A stretch of DNA of 25,778 bases, from NCBI RefSeq assembly GCF_004010195.1, contig NC_057728.1:50164892-50190669 (forward strand), read 5' to 3'. Numbering within the stretch: position 1 is the stretch's first letter; each line of letters begins with the position of its first letter. Both the position numbers and the translations under genes were made by a program. Of the stretch, positions 1 through 10,501 are shown one piece after another. The DNA is from Chiloscyllium plagiosum (taxonomy: Eukaryota). Under the pieces are notes generated by a model. That model worked only from the letters and a program-made list of their open reading frames with translations. It searched no databases and had not been told where the DNA came from.

Positions 1-207
1 TGTTTGATCTATTGTCAGGAATGGGCAAGTTTTCAACCCCACTGAGGCTGAAGGTTGAAGGCTAGCCCTGGGTGAAGGTGTGAAATGAGGTAGAGGGGGG
101 AAGTCAGTGGACCATTCCCTTCCTCCAGCCAATTGTATCACAGCCAGGGAGAAACTTCCAACAGCCTGCTCAAGGGCAGCAAGTAGTCAACCTAGTTTTT
201 GTTTCCT

Positions 208-546
208 TTATTCTTTTACATGAACATTCACCGGCAAAGTCATTATTTGTAGTCCATCCTATTGCTCCTGAACTGTGTGTCTTCCTCAGCCATTTCAGTC
301 AACCACATTACTGTAGCTCTGGAGTCACATATAGATCAGCCCAGGAATGGACGGCAGATTCACTTCACTTAAAGTGAACCGGGTTTTCACAACAATCAAT
401 AATTGTTGTTATGGCCACCATTACAGAGAGTAGCTTCATATTGATTAAATTTCAATTCCACGAGCTGTTATGCTTTGAACCTAGATTGACATAACCTTGT
501 CTGGGTCTCAGCATTATTCGTCTAGTGACACTATCACTTAGCCATT
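208..546 (-). mobile_element. tRNA-derived SINE, copy 1 of a tandem pair (family not firmly assigned)
   Basis: Minus strand begins TGGCTAAGTGATAGTGTCACTAGAC...GGTTCAAAG (A/B-box-like). Body segments CATTTCAG..GTCAACC..GCTCTGGAGTCACAT..GTGAACC..AAATTCCAC recur in the adjacent copy. Confidence 0.6.
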
Positions 547-554
547 ATCATTTG

Positions 555-840
555 CCAGGCCATTTCAGAGGATAGATAGGAGTCAACCTAATTGCTGTGG
601 GTCTGGAGTCCCATGTAGACCTGATCAGGTAAGGATTTCCCTCCCTAAAGGGCATGAGTGAACCAGATGGATATTTATGCCAATCGGTAATTTCCCAGTC
701 ATCACTGGTGAGGCTAGCTTTCAATTCCAGGCCTTCTTTTCACTCGATTAATTGAAGTTAAATTCCACCAGTTGCCACAATGGGAATTGAAGCTATGTCC
801 TTGGAGTATTAGTTTGAGCTTCTGAATGTCTAGTCCGGTC
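555..840 (-). mobile_element. tRNA-derived SINE, copy 2 of the tandem pair (lacks 3' tail)
   Basis: Colinear similarity with 285-530 (GGAGTCAACC, GTCTGGAGTCCCATGTAG, GTGAACC, AGCTT, AAATTCCAC); B-box-like GCTTCAATTCC on the minus strand. Confidence 0.6.
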
Positions 841-930
841 CAGTCCAGTCCATTCAGCACCTCACCCAAAATATTTTATTAGAGACATCGTTGGAGTCTT
901 CCCAGAAGGTGGGAATGCCTCCTGATGATC

Positions 931-1263
931 TTTTTTAGATTAGATTTTTTTTAGATTAGATTAGATTACATTACAGTGTGGAAACAGGCCTTTCGGCCCA
1001 ACAAGTCCACACCGCCCCGCCGAAGCGCAACCCACCCATACCCTTACATTTACCCCTTACCTAACACAACGGGCAATTTAGCATGGCCAATTCACCTTAC
1101 CTGCACATCTTTGCACTGTGGGAGGAAACCGGAGCACCCCCGGAGGAAACCCACGCAGACACGAGGAGAACGTGCAAACTCCACACAGTCAGTCGCCTGA
1201 GGCGGGAATTGAACCCGGGTCTCTGGCACTGTGAGGCAGCAGTGCTAACTACTGTGCCACCCC
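931..1263 (-). mobile_element. HE1-like V-SINE with (TCTAA)n tail
   Basis: Minus strand: GTGGCACAGTAGTTAGC (A box), GGTTCAATTCC (B box), V-domain GTGGAGTTTGCACGTTCTCC..GGGTTTCCTCCGGGGGTGCTCCGGTTTCCTCCCACAG, CR1-like 3' end GGCCTGTTTCCACACTGTA, and TTAGA repeats at 935-968. Confidence 0.9.
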
Positions 1264-1856
1264 TTTATCCAGCTGATACCTGCCAGCAGCTGGATGAGGC
1301 TTCTTATCACCCCCGAACCAGAGTTGCTTATCACAGGTACCACCAAATACCATCCTGTGGGGTGATGTCCACCTTACAGGCATGACCATGTCAGCAGAGG
1401 CCACTGTTTGCACTAAATGAGCAGAAACATTTCCAGCGACCACCTCACGATAGAGATCCCTTCATAATTCCACCGTACAGAAGCAGTGCCAACATTCACC
1501 AACCGGGCTACCTGCCTTCCAAGGCCCTCTGCCCAGGCCTACCATATCAGGAACACACCCTGCCTCCTCCATTCTCAGACGTTTCCCCTGAATTGGCATC
1601 CACTGGGAGATTGCAGCAGGGGGAGAGCAGCCCACAACCAATGCATCCGATCTAAGCCCTGCAGCCCTGGCATATCCAGTTGTACATTGTGGTGGACACC
1701 TAGTCAGATCACTAGAGGAGAAAGAGGCTCCACTAATGTCTCCATTGAGGAGCCCAGTGCGAAAGACACAGCTGAAGTATTTCAAAGTATCTTTAGTGAG
1801 ATAATTCTGGGGAGGTTGGACAGGTTATCTGAACAGGATCAGGACCAACATCATTG

Positions 1857-1927
1857 TTCTGAAGAAGGGTCACTGCTTTCTTTCCACAAATACTGCTGAG
1901 CTTTCCCAGCAATTTTGGTTTTTGATT
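1857..1927 (+). repeat. Degenerate half-arm related to the palindromic hammerhead-like elements
   Basis: TTCTGAAGAAGGGTCAC...TACTGCTGAGCTTTCCCAGCAATTTT resembles CTGAAGAAGGG...CTGCTGCGCTTTTCCAGCAA at 21443-21520. Confidence 0.45.
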
Positions 1928-2141
1928 CTTGCCTTGAGGTTTGTTGGTGTCATCAAGTCAGATTTAAACTAGATTGGCACAGGGCTGGATCCTGCCTGAT
2001 ACTACAGAGAAGAGAACAATTGAGGTGGAATTAAAAGTTCAAAGATGAGTTGGTGAAAAACCATGGGTTAGTTAAGAAATAAAGTGATTTTAGAAAGACT
2101 AAATGGAATATATTTGTTGCAAGGTGCCTGAGAGCGCTGTT

Positions 2142-2237
2142 GTGGCACAGTGGTAGTGTCCCTACCCCTGAGTCAGGAGGCCCAGGTTCAAGTCCCTCCT
2201 ATTCTGGAGGTTTGCCATCTTAAACACATTGAGCAGA
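2142..2237 (+). mobile_element. Short tRNA-derived SINE or SINE head
   Basis: A box TGGCACAGTGG (2143-2153) and B box GGTTCAAGTCC (2185-2195); downstream sequence is unlike the V-SINEs. Confidence 0.6.
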
Positions 2238-2294
2238 AACGATCTCCATTCCTAGTCATAGGGTATTTAGACAAGATAGAGAGGGGGATTGATA

Positions 2295-2614
2295 GTGGCT
2301 CAGTGGTTAGCTGCCTCACAGTGGTAAAGACCTGGATTTTATTCCATCCTCCAGGGCAACTGTCTGTGTGGAGTTTGCACATTCTCCCCATGTCTGTATA
2401 CGTTTCCTCCGGGTGCTCCGGCTCCCTCCCACAGTCCAAAGATGTGCAGGTTAGGTGAATGCTAAATTGCCCATAGTGTCCAGGGGTGTACGGGTTAGGT
2501 ATATTAGCCATGGGAAATGCTGGGTTACAGAGATAGGTTAGGGGCTGGGATGCTTTTCAGAGGGTCAACACAGACTCAATAGGCTGAATAGCCTCTTTCT
2601 GCACTATAGGGATT
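2295..2614 (+). mobile_element. HE1-like V-SINE (older copy)
   Basis: GTGGCTCAGTGGTTAG head, V-domain GTGGAGTTTGCACATTCTCCCCATGTCTG..TTTCCTCCGGGTGCTCCGG, GCTAAATTGCCCATAGTGT, and end CTGCACTATAGGGATT. Confidence 0.85.
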
Positions 2615-3334
2615 TGAGAAGTAGAGAGGGTTTTTGCAATATTGATAAGGGAATCAATTATAAACACGAGGAGGGATGATATCTTGGAAAAATTGACAAA
2701 TTAATTCAAAGTAAAAAAATACAAAAGGGGAAAATGCACTAATGAGTGTGCATACAGGCCCCAAAAAAGTCAGGGAAAGATACAGGATCAAAAATATAAT
2801 AAATTTCAGAAAAGTGTCAGAATAATAAGGCAATGATAGTATGGGATTTACTTGTCCAAATATTAAGTGGGATAATTTTTATAGAGCACAATTTCTTAAA
2901 TTGTATCAAAGAGAACTTTATTTCGCCAGCACATGGAACATCCTACAAGAGAGGGAGCAGTTCTGGATCTAATTTTCCAAAATGAGCCTGTTTAGGTGGA
3001 AGGTGTATCAGGCTTTTTTGAGATAGTGCCCGTAACTCAGCTAAATTCAAGATAGCTGTGGGAAACGATAAAGGTGGGCCAGAATCAAGGTTGTCAATTA
3101 AAGGAAGACTAATTCCACTGAAAATAAGGTATGATTTGACACGAGCAGACATGGAGCTGCTGCTTGGAGCTAAAAAATGTCTCCGAGCAGTGGGAGCCAT
3201 TTAAGGAGGAAATGATGAAGGTACAGTGTAAATAGGTTCCTGTAAAGGCAAAGGGTGGTACCAAGACCAGAGAAACCTGGACGTTAAGGACATAAAGGTT
3301 AAGATAAATCAAAAATGAGAAGCAGAGTCCCATT

Positions 3335-3650
3335 GAGTCATAGAGATGTACAGCATGGAAACAGACCCTTCGGTCCAACCTGTCCATGCCGACCAGATAT
3401 CCCAACCCAGTCTAGTCCCGCCTGCCAGCACCTGGCCCATATCCCCAAACCCTTCCTATTCATATACCCATCCAGATGCCTTTTAAATGTTGCAATTGTA
3501 TCAGCCTCCACCACTTCCTCTGGCAGCTCATTCCATACACGTACCACCCTCTGTGTGAAAAAGTTGCCTCTTAGGTCTTTTTTATATCTTTCCCCTCTTG
3601 CTCTAAACCTATGCCCTCTAGTTCTGGACTCCCCCCACCCTAGGGAAAAG
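3335..3650 (-). mobile_element. CR1 (HER1-like) LINE 3' end, 5'-truncated
   Basis: Minus-strand ORF VRVWNELPEEVVEADTIATFKRHLDGYM and tail CTCTATGACTC; very similar to 7172-7491 and 16400-16706. Confidence 0.9.
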
Positions 3651-5616
3651 AAGATACTGTGTGTCCTTGATAAGTATGTCCCTGTCAGGCAGGGAGGAAG
3701 TGATAAGGTAAGCAGAAGAAGGAGGCTTATGTGACAATAAGATGAAATGGTTCAGATGAGACGATGCAGTGTTACAGATTAGCTAGGAAGGATTTAAAGA
3801 GAGAGGTAAGAAGAGCAAACAGAGGACACGAGCAGCCTTTAGCAAATAGAATAAAGGAGAACCCTAAAGCTTTCTATAGATAAATAAGGAATAGAAGGAT
3901 GACTAAGGTAGGAATAGGGCCAGTCAAAAACAGAAGTGGGAACTTGTGTGTGGATCATGTGGAGATTAGAGAGGTGCTAAACAAATATTTCTCATTGGTT
4001 TTTACTCAGGAAAAGGAGAATGTTGTAGAGGAGAAAAATGAGATACAACATATTAGACTAGTAAGGATCGAGGTTAGTAAGGAAGAGGTGTTATCAATTC
4101 TAGAAGGAGTGAAAGTAGACAAGTCCCCTGGGCCGGATGGGATTTATTCAAGGATTCTCTGGGAAGCTAGGGAGGAGGTGAGGGAGCCTTTGGCTTTGAT
4201 CTTTGAGTTGTCATTGTCTACAGGTTTAGTACCAGAGGACTGGAGGATTGCAAATGTTGTACCCTTGTTCAAGAAGGGCAGTAGAGATGACCCAGGTAAT
4301 AATAGACTAGTGAGCCTTACATCTGTTGTAGACAAAGTTTTGGATGGGATTATAAGAGATAGGATTTATAATCATCGAGCAAGCAACAATTTGATTGTAG
4401 ATAGTCAGCATGATTTCGTCAAGGGCAGGTCGTGTCTCACAAACCTCATTAGGTTTTTTGAAAAGGTGACCAAGCATGTAGATGAGGATAGGGCAGTTGA
4501 TGTGATGTACATGGACTTCAGGAGAGCTTTTGATAAGGTTCCACATGGTATGCTGTTGGAGAAGATGCAGACATTTGGGATTGAGGGTGATTCAGCAGTT
4601 TAATTAGAAACTGGCTTTCTGTAAGAAGCCAGAGAGTGGTGGTTGATGAATAATATTCAGCTTGGAGTCCGGTTGCTAGTGGTATGCCACAAGGATCTGT
4701 TTTGGGACCACTGCTGTTTGTCATTTTTATAAATGACTTATATGCAGGCATAGGTGGATGGGTTAGTAAGTTTGCAGATGACACTAACATCGGTAGAGTA
4801 GTGGACAGTGTGGAAGAATGTTGCAGGTTGCAGGGAGACTTGGATAAACTGCAGAATTGGGCTGAGAGGTGGCAAAGTGAGGTGATTCACTTTGGGAAGA
4901 ATAACAGGAAGGCAGAATACTGGATCAATAGAAAGATTCTTGGTAGTGTGGATGTGCAGAGGGATCTTGGAGTGCTTGTACTTAGATCCCTGAAAGTTGC
5001 CACCCAAGTTGATAGTGCTATTAAGAAGGCATAAGGTTAGGTTTTATTGGTAAAGGAATCCAGTTCCGGAGCTGTAATGTCATGCTGCAACTATACAAAA
5101 CGCTAGTGCGGCCTCACTTGGAATATTGTATACAGTTCTGGTTGCCCCATTACAGGAAGGAGTGAAAGCATTGGAAAAGGTGCAGAGGAGATTTACCAGG
5201 CTGTTGCCTGGTCTGGAGGGAAGGTCTTATGAGGAAAGGCTGAGAGACATGGGTCTGTTCTCATTGGAGAGAAGGTGGCTAAGGGGGGATTTGGCGAGAG
5301 GATTAGATGGGGTAGACAGTGAAAGTCTTTTTCCTAGGATGACGATGTCAGCTTGTACGAGGGGGCATAACTACAATTTGAGGGGTGATAGATTTAAGAC
5401 AGATGTCAGAGGCATCTTTACTCAGAGTGGTAAGGGCGTGGAATGTAGTAACTGCCAATGTAGTCAACTCAGCCACACTAGGGAGATTTAAACAATCCTT
5501 GGATAAGCATATGGATGGTGATGGGATAGTGTAGGGGGCCAGGCTTAGGTTAGTTCACAGGTTGGTGCAACATCGGGGCTGAAGGGCCTGTTCTGTGTTG
5601 TGTTGTTCTATGTTGT
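3651..5616 (+). mobile_element. CR1 LINE, 5'-truncated, ORF2 RT pseudogene plus 3' UTR (second subfamily)
   Basis: KSPGPDGI, WRIANVVPLFKKG, SQHDFVKGRSCLTNL, YMDFRRAFDKVPH, PQGSVLGPLLF, FADD (4771-4782), QRDLGV, ALEKVQRRFTR; in-frame stops; ends GAAGGGCCTGTTCTGTGTTGTGTTGTTCTATGTT. Confidence 0.95.
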
Positions 5617-5877
5617 AATTTATTGCTAATTATGAAAATACAGTGAGATGCATATAAGTTGTCACAACTGGTGTCATTTTAATTAGAGGAATTATAAAAA
5701 GAAATAATTGAGACAAAGTTAGGATAAAGGTCATCTTTTGTTCCATCCACAGCAATCTGTGAGGGGCGACTACAGGACACTGCCGCTGAAGCCACCTTAG
5801 GAAGGAGGGACAGACTGGACCAATCAAATCACCGATGCTGAAGCCGTCACCACTTCAGAAAACATGACCATAATAGT

Positions 5878-6245
5878 CAATGAATACTTTGTGTTGGTCT
5901 TCACAAAGGGTTAGGACAACACACATATAGACTTCAGGGAGGAGGACATCAGGAGAAATTCACATAGAGGGAGAGGAGGTAGTAAAGGGTTTAGGAGCTC
6001 TAAAAGTGGATAAATCTGTAGGCCTGAATGAGATGTTTCCACAGATGTTCAGGAAGCCAAGGAATGAGATATGAGCTCTGGGAGTCATTTTCAAATCCTT
6101 TCTGGCCATAGGTGAGGTGCCAGAGGAATGGAGGACTGCAAACATTGTCCCATTATTAAAAAAAGGGAGGAAGGGAAAGACCAAGAAATTACAATTTAAG
6201 CAGTCAAACCTTAGTAGTGAAGAAAGTTATTAGAAAGAATTAGAT
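5878..6245 (+). pseudogene. Decayed CR1 ORF2 fragment (pre-RT and RT N-terminus)
   Basis: NEYFVLVFTK, LKVDKSVGLNEMFPQM, GEVPEEWRTANIVPLLKKG. Confidence 0.8.
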
Positions 6246-6477
6246 AGTGTTCTGAGGGTAATGCATTTCATATGGTCTACATGGGCTTAGAAAGACTTTA
6301 GATAAAGATTAAGTCAAACTGAATCCAGGAAGCACCGATAGAAGGCCTACCGTCCTGGTCTCAGGGTAACGAGGGATGGGTAATGAATGTCAACCCTGCC
6401 ATGGTCCAAGGATTGATTGTACACATTTTTTGCTGGGCAGGAGACTTGTGTCACTAGATATGAGTAAAGTATAATAA

Positions 6478-6544
6478 AAAAACAGGAACAGCTGACAAGA
6501 CACAGCAGCTCAGGAAGCATCGATACAGAGAAAAGATATATTAA
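6478..6544 (-). repeat. Degenerate arm related to the palindromic elements
   Basis: ACAGCAGCTCAGGAAGCATC..CAGAGAA resembles the arm GCAGCAGGTCAGGCAGCATC..CAGGAGAA at 21378-21422. Confidence 0.35.
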
Positions 6545-6597
6545 AAGTAAATCCTACCCATTAGACGCTCAGTCTAAAAGGTGGCTAGGAAATTAAC

Positions 6598-6966
6598 ATT
6601 GAGGTGATCTTGTTGAAGCTTACAAAATGTTTAAGATGACAGACTGGGTAGATGGAGGTAAGATGTTTCCTCTGGTTGGCGAGTTTAGAAATAGGGAGCG
6701 TAATTTAGAAACAAACTGCAGCCTAGGTCTGAGATGAGGAGAAATAGTTTTGCTCAGAAGGTTGTGAACCTTTGGAATTCTCTAGGACTGTGGATGCTCA
6801 GTCTTTGAGTAAATAAATACGAGCTGTTTATCGTAGAGCTTAATAGATGTCTGCTTACCGGTGGTGTACAGGGTTATGGAGATGGGAGGTGTAAAAGGCA
6901 TTGAAAGGTTTGATCAGTCACAGTCATTCTGAATCAATGGGTTGAATTGCCTACTCCAGTTACTAT
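6598..6966 (+). mobile_element. Old CR1 3' end fragment
   Basis: GDLVEAYKM, KMFPL and FAQKVVNLWNSL motifs, followed by 3'-UTR-like GGGTTGAATTGCCTACTCCAGTT. Confidence 0.7.
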
Positions 6967-7004
6967 AAAATAGAGTTGAGAGGAATTAGAGAACCATTCT
7001 GAGA

Positions 7005-7592
7005 GTGGGAGAGAGATGAGCAGATACAGCAATTACAGAGAAGCAGAGCAATGGATACGCCAATCACAGAGAGGAAGAAAGCCAACAGACACACCGATTG
7101 GCTGGAAGGAGACCAACAGAAGCATCAATCACTGAGACAGAGAGATGACCAGTTGTACAAACCACAGAGAGAAGGGGTCGGGGAGTCCAGAACTAGAGGG
7201 CGTAGGTTTAGGGTGAGAGGGGAAAGATATAAAAGAGACCTAAGGGGCAACTTTTTCACGCAGAGGGTGGTACGTGTATGGAATGAGCTGCCAGAGGAAG
7301 TGGTGGAGGCTGGTACAATTGCAACATTTAAGAGTCATTTGGATGGGTATAGGAATAGGAAGGGTTTGGAGGGATATGGGCCAGGTGCTGGCAGGTGGGA
7401 CTAAATTGGGTTGGGATATCTGGTCGGCATGGACAGGTTGGACCAAATGGTCTGTTTCCATGCTGTACATTTCTATGACTCTATGACTCTAACTGAAGCC
7501 AACAGATTCACCAATCACAGAAAGGGAGACTCGCAGATACACTGATCACACAGTGAGAGATCTGCAGATCCGCTATTCACAGATAGGGAGAA
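7005..7592. repeat. Degenerate ~30-bp purine-rich minisatellite interrupted by a CR1 3' end
   Basis: Recurring CAGATACA/CCAATCACAGAGAG-like units at 7010-7170 and again at 7495-7590. Confidence 0.55.
7172..7491 (+). mobile_element. CR1 (HER1-like) LINE 3' end
   Basis: GESRTRGRRFRVRGERYKRDLRGNFFTQRVVRVWNELPEEVVEAG; tail CTATGACTCTATGACTCTA. Confidence 0.92.
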
Positions 7593-8037
7593 ACTTGCCC
7601 TCCTCCAGCATGAAATAGGCAGTGTGCCATTGTTCCCAGAAAATTACCAACTATCCCATCTTAGACTAACTGCTTCAAACGTCTGGAGAATGTCTGGTCC
7701 AACTGAAAGAAACTTTTTTATATCCCAATCTCTTAAAATACTCCAATCAGCACTAATTTACTTCAATTAACGGTCCTTAATTATGTGAAATGTTAGTTTA
7801 ATTATGCTGTTTGTTATGTTCAAATTGAGACGTATTACTGTTACAAAACAGCTAAACTGTGTGGGAAGGTTAACAAAACTCAAAGTGTAAAATTTGTAAG
7901 TATAAGCACGTTTATTTAAATGTGCGATTAATTCAGCGAATATAAAATAATTTGCAGTGCAAACCATCAATTAAGCTGCAGTGTACTGGCCAGTTTCATG
8001 ACACAGTCTCATTAAAGTTCCACTTACCCAAGTCTGA

Positions 8038-8150
8038 AGGAAGAAAGAGCTTACATTTCTTTCATGACCTCAGCATGTCCCAGAGGCCTTTGCATCCAAT
8101 GAGCACTTTGTCAGGTGTCGGAAGTGTGGCAGCCAATTTGTGCACATCCT
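8038..8150 (-). mobile_element. 3' remnant of an old SINE with an L2-type tail (SacSINE1/DeuSINE-like, tentative)
   Basis: Minus strand reads TGTGCACAAATTGGCTGCC...CATTGGATGCAAAGGCCTCTGGGACATGCTGAGGTCATGAAAG..ATGTAAGCTCTTTCTT; recognised from memory of shark SINE tails. Confidence 0.45.
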
Positions 8151-8214
8151 ACTGCTGCGCCTACATCTGATCATCTAACAGAAGGCTCATTAGATTGATC
8201 TCAGGTACGGAGGA

Positions 8215-8592
8215 ATTTTATTATAAACAGAAGTTGAGTGGGTTGGGCCTGTACTTATTGGAGTTTAGAAGACTGAGAGGAGATCTTATTCAGTCATAGA
8301 ACATACGTGGAGGGCAAGAGAGGGCAGATGCGGAGAGGGTAGATGCAGAATTTGTTTCCCCTTGTGGGAGAGTTCAGGACCAGAAGGAATAATCCCAGAG
8401 TAAGCGATCCATTTGAGCCAGTGACCAGGCAAAATTCCTTCTCTCAGAGGATTGTGAATCTTGTGGAATTCTTTATCAGAAGGGGCAACTGAGATTGGGC
8501 AGTGAAACATATTCAAGGTTGTGATAGAGTGGTTTATAAACAGTAATGGAAGCAAAAGTTATTGGAAAAAAGGCAGAAAGGTGGAGTTGAGG
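8215..8592 (+). mobile_element. Old CR1 ORF2 C-terminal/3' fragment
   Basis: KLSGLGLYLLEFRRLRGDLIQ and NSFSQRIVNLVEF(W-N-S-L-like) motifs. Confidence 0.75.
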
Positions 8593-8791
8593 ACGACGTG
8601 ACAGACTTTCTCTTCCAGGGGAAGTAGAGGAGCAGGGTGAACACAGAAAGACTTTAACAGCACAAATCCATAGGAGGATATCCAGAACTCAGGGCTTAAA
8701 GTAAATGGCATAAGTGTTTCAAGTTAGATAATTCAGTGGATATATTGGTCCTTATTGATATTATAATGTAGTTTATACCAAGAATATTCAG

Positions 8792-9010
8792 TTGAAAAGT
8801 GTGGCACTGGAAAAGCACAGCAGGTCAGGCAACATCCGAGGTGCAGGAGAATCGGCATTTCAGGCAAGAGCACTTTGTCAGGAATTCCTGATGAACGCCT
8901 TACGCTCGAAAAGTTGATTCTCCTGCTCCTCGGATGCTGCCTGACCTGCTGTACTTTTCCAGCACCATAGTTTTCGACTCTGATCGCCAGCATCCTCACT
9001 TTCTCCGAGT
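8792..9010. mobile_element. Palindromic (fold-back) non-autonomous element with a hammerhead-like core; 13-bp TSD
   Basis: Imperfect inverted arms centred on TCAGGAATTCCTGA (8878-8891); CTGATGA...CGAAA core; flanked by CAAGAATATTCAG (8779-8791) and CAAGAATCTTCAG (9011-9023). Confidence 0.8.
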
Positions 9011-9119
9011 CAAGAATCTTCAGGTCATCAACTTTGGGACTTGGGAAATTCTAGAATGAGATAGAAGAGCCAGATACTTGGTATGCTTTGCTGTGAAGGA
9101 ACATCAATACATTTCCCAG

Positions 9120-10501
9120 TCAGGATGGTGATTGGCTTGGAGGGGAACTAGTTCCTTGTGTAATTTTTAGGGTGGTGTTCCCATGTATCTGATGCCCTTG
9201 TCCTTCTAGATGGAAGTGGTTGTGGGTTTGGAAGGTCCTGTCTAAGGACGGTTGGTGAATTTCTGCAGTGCATCTTATAGATAGTACACACTGCTGCTGC
9301 TGAGTGCTGGTGGTGGAGGGAGTGGATGTTTGTGGGTATAGTGCCAATCAAAGCAGATGTCTTTCTCCTGGATGGTGTCAAGCTTCTTGAGTGCTGTACT
9401 CATCCATGCAAGTGGGGAGTATTCCATCACATCCCTGACTTGTGACTTGAAATAATGGACAGGCTTTGGGTAGTCATGAAGGGAGTTACTTGGTGCAGTA
9501 TTCATAGGTTCTGGCCTGCTTTTGTAGCCACTGTGTTTATGTGGCAAGTTTAGTTGAGGTTTTGGTCAATGGTAATCCTCAGGATGTTGATAGTGTGAGA
9601 TTTAGTGATAGTAACACCGTTGAATGTCAAGGAGCTCTGGTTATTACCTGTTACTTGTCAGCCTAAGTGTGGATATTGTTCAGAACTTGCTGCATTTGGA
9701 CACAGACTGCTTCAGTATCTGAGGAGTCACGAACGGTGCTGAACATTGTATAATCATTGGTGAACGTCCCTATATCTGAGGGAAGGTCATTGATGAAGCA
9801 GCTGAAGATGGTAGGGCATAAGACATTACTGCAGAGATGTCCTGGAGTTGGCGTGACTGGCATCCAATAGCTATAACTATCTTCCTTTGACTCCAACCAG
9901 AAGAGAGTTTGCCTGCTGAATCTCATTGATTCCAGTTTTGTCAAGGCTTCTTGGTATCATATTTAGTTGAATACTCCTTAATGTCAAGGGTTGTCACTCT
10001 CACCTCCCCTCTGGAATTCAGCTGTTTTGTCCATGTTTGAACCAAGGCTCTAGTGAGGTCAGGAACTAGGTGGCCCTGGTGGACCCCAAACTGGGTGTCA
10101 CTGAGCAGGTTACTGCTTGATAGCACGGTTGATGAAATCTTCCATCTCTTTACTGAGGATCGAGAGTAGGCTGATGAGGCAGTAATTGGCTGGGTTGTAT
10201 TTGTCTCCTTTTTATGTACAGGACATACCTGGGCAATTTTCCAGGTATTGTTGAGTACATGCCAGTGTTGTAACTGTAATGGAACAGCTTGGCTCAGGGC
10301 ATGGCAAGCTCTGGAGCACAAGTCTTCAGCACTATTGCTGGAATGTGGTCAGGGCCCATAGCCTTTGCAGTATCCAGTGCCTCCAACCATTTCTTGATGT
10401 CACATGGAATGAATCTAGTGGCTGGAAATTGTAGGGTCACTTGGCTCTGTCTATCACTTGCTGTTTCACCAGGTTGACACCTCATTTTTAATTGCGTCTT
10501 C
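9120..10501 (-). mobile_element. CR1/L2-group LINE family B, RT and 3' part (left piece of the element split by the LTR retrotransposon)
   Basis: Minus-strand KAMGPDHIPAIVLKTCAPELA, WKIAQVCPVHKK, LSDTQFG, TTLDIK, PTIFSCFINDLP..FTND, KSQVRDVMEYSPLAW; frameshifted. Confidence 0.88.

Larger units (their letters stand above)
2070..3325 (+). pseudogene. Old, heavily decayed CR1 ORF2 endonuclease/linker fragment, interrupted by two SINEs
   Basis: Translatable pieces IPSHRVFRQDREG (2248-2286), AILIRE, YRP, REGAVLDL and WEPFKEEMMKVQ..VPVK follow the order of the CR1 APE region at 24831-25778; many stops and frameshifts. Confidence 0.6.

Noticed and set aside
976..1443. ORFs 976-1200, 1083-1385 and 1249-1443 (also 2150-2511 and 17196-17462)
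   Set aside because: Chance frames through V-SINE sequence; similar peptides recur wherever the SINE occurs.
1462..1899. Overlapping 107-137 aa ORFs in a GC-richer unassigned stretch
   Set aside because: No recognisable domain or splice structure; may be an old repeat, but I cannot support any call.
2142..2200. Possible tRNA genes at A/B-box motifs
   Set aside because: No complete cloverleaf; they are SINE heads.
5733..5870. Acceptor-like CATCTTTTGTTCCATCCACAG followed by CpG-containing sequence (possible exon)
   Set aside because: All three frames stop within about 30 codons, there is no clear donor and no recognisable peptide; RNA-seq would be needed.
7005..7592. CRISPR-like repeat-spacer array
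   Set aside because: Units are degenerate and contiguous without unique spacers; eukaryotic context and no cas genes.
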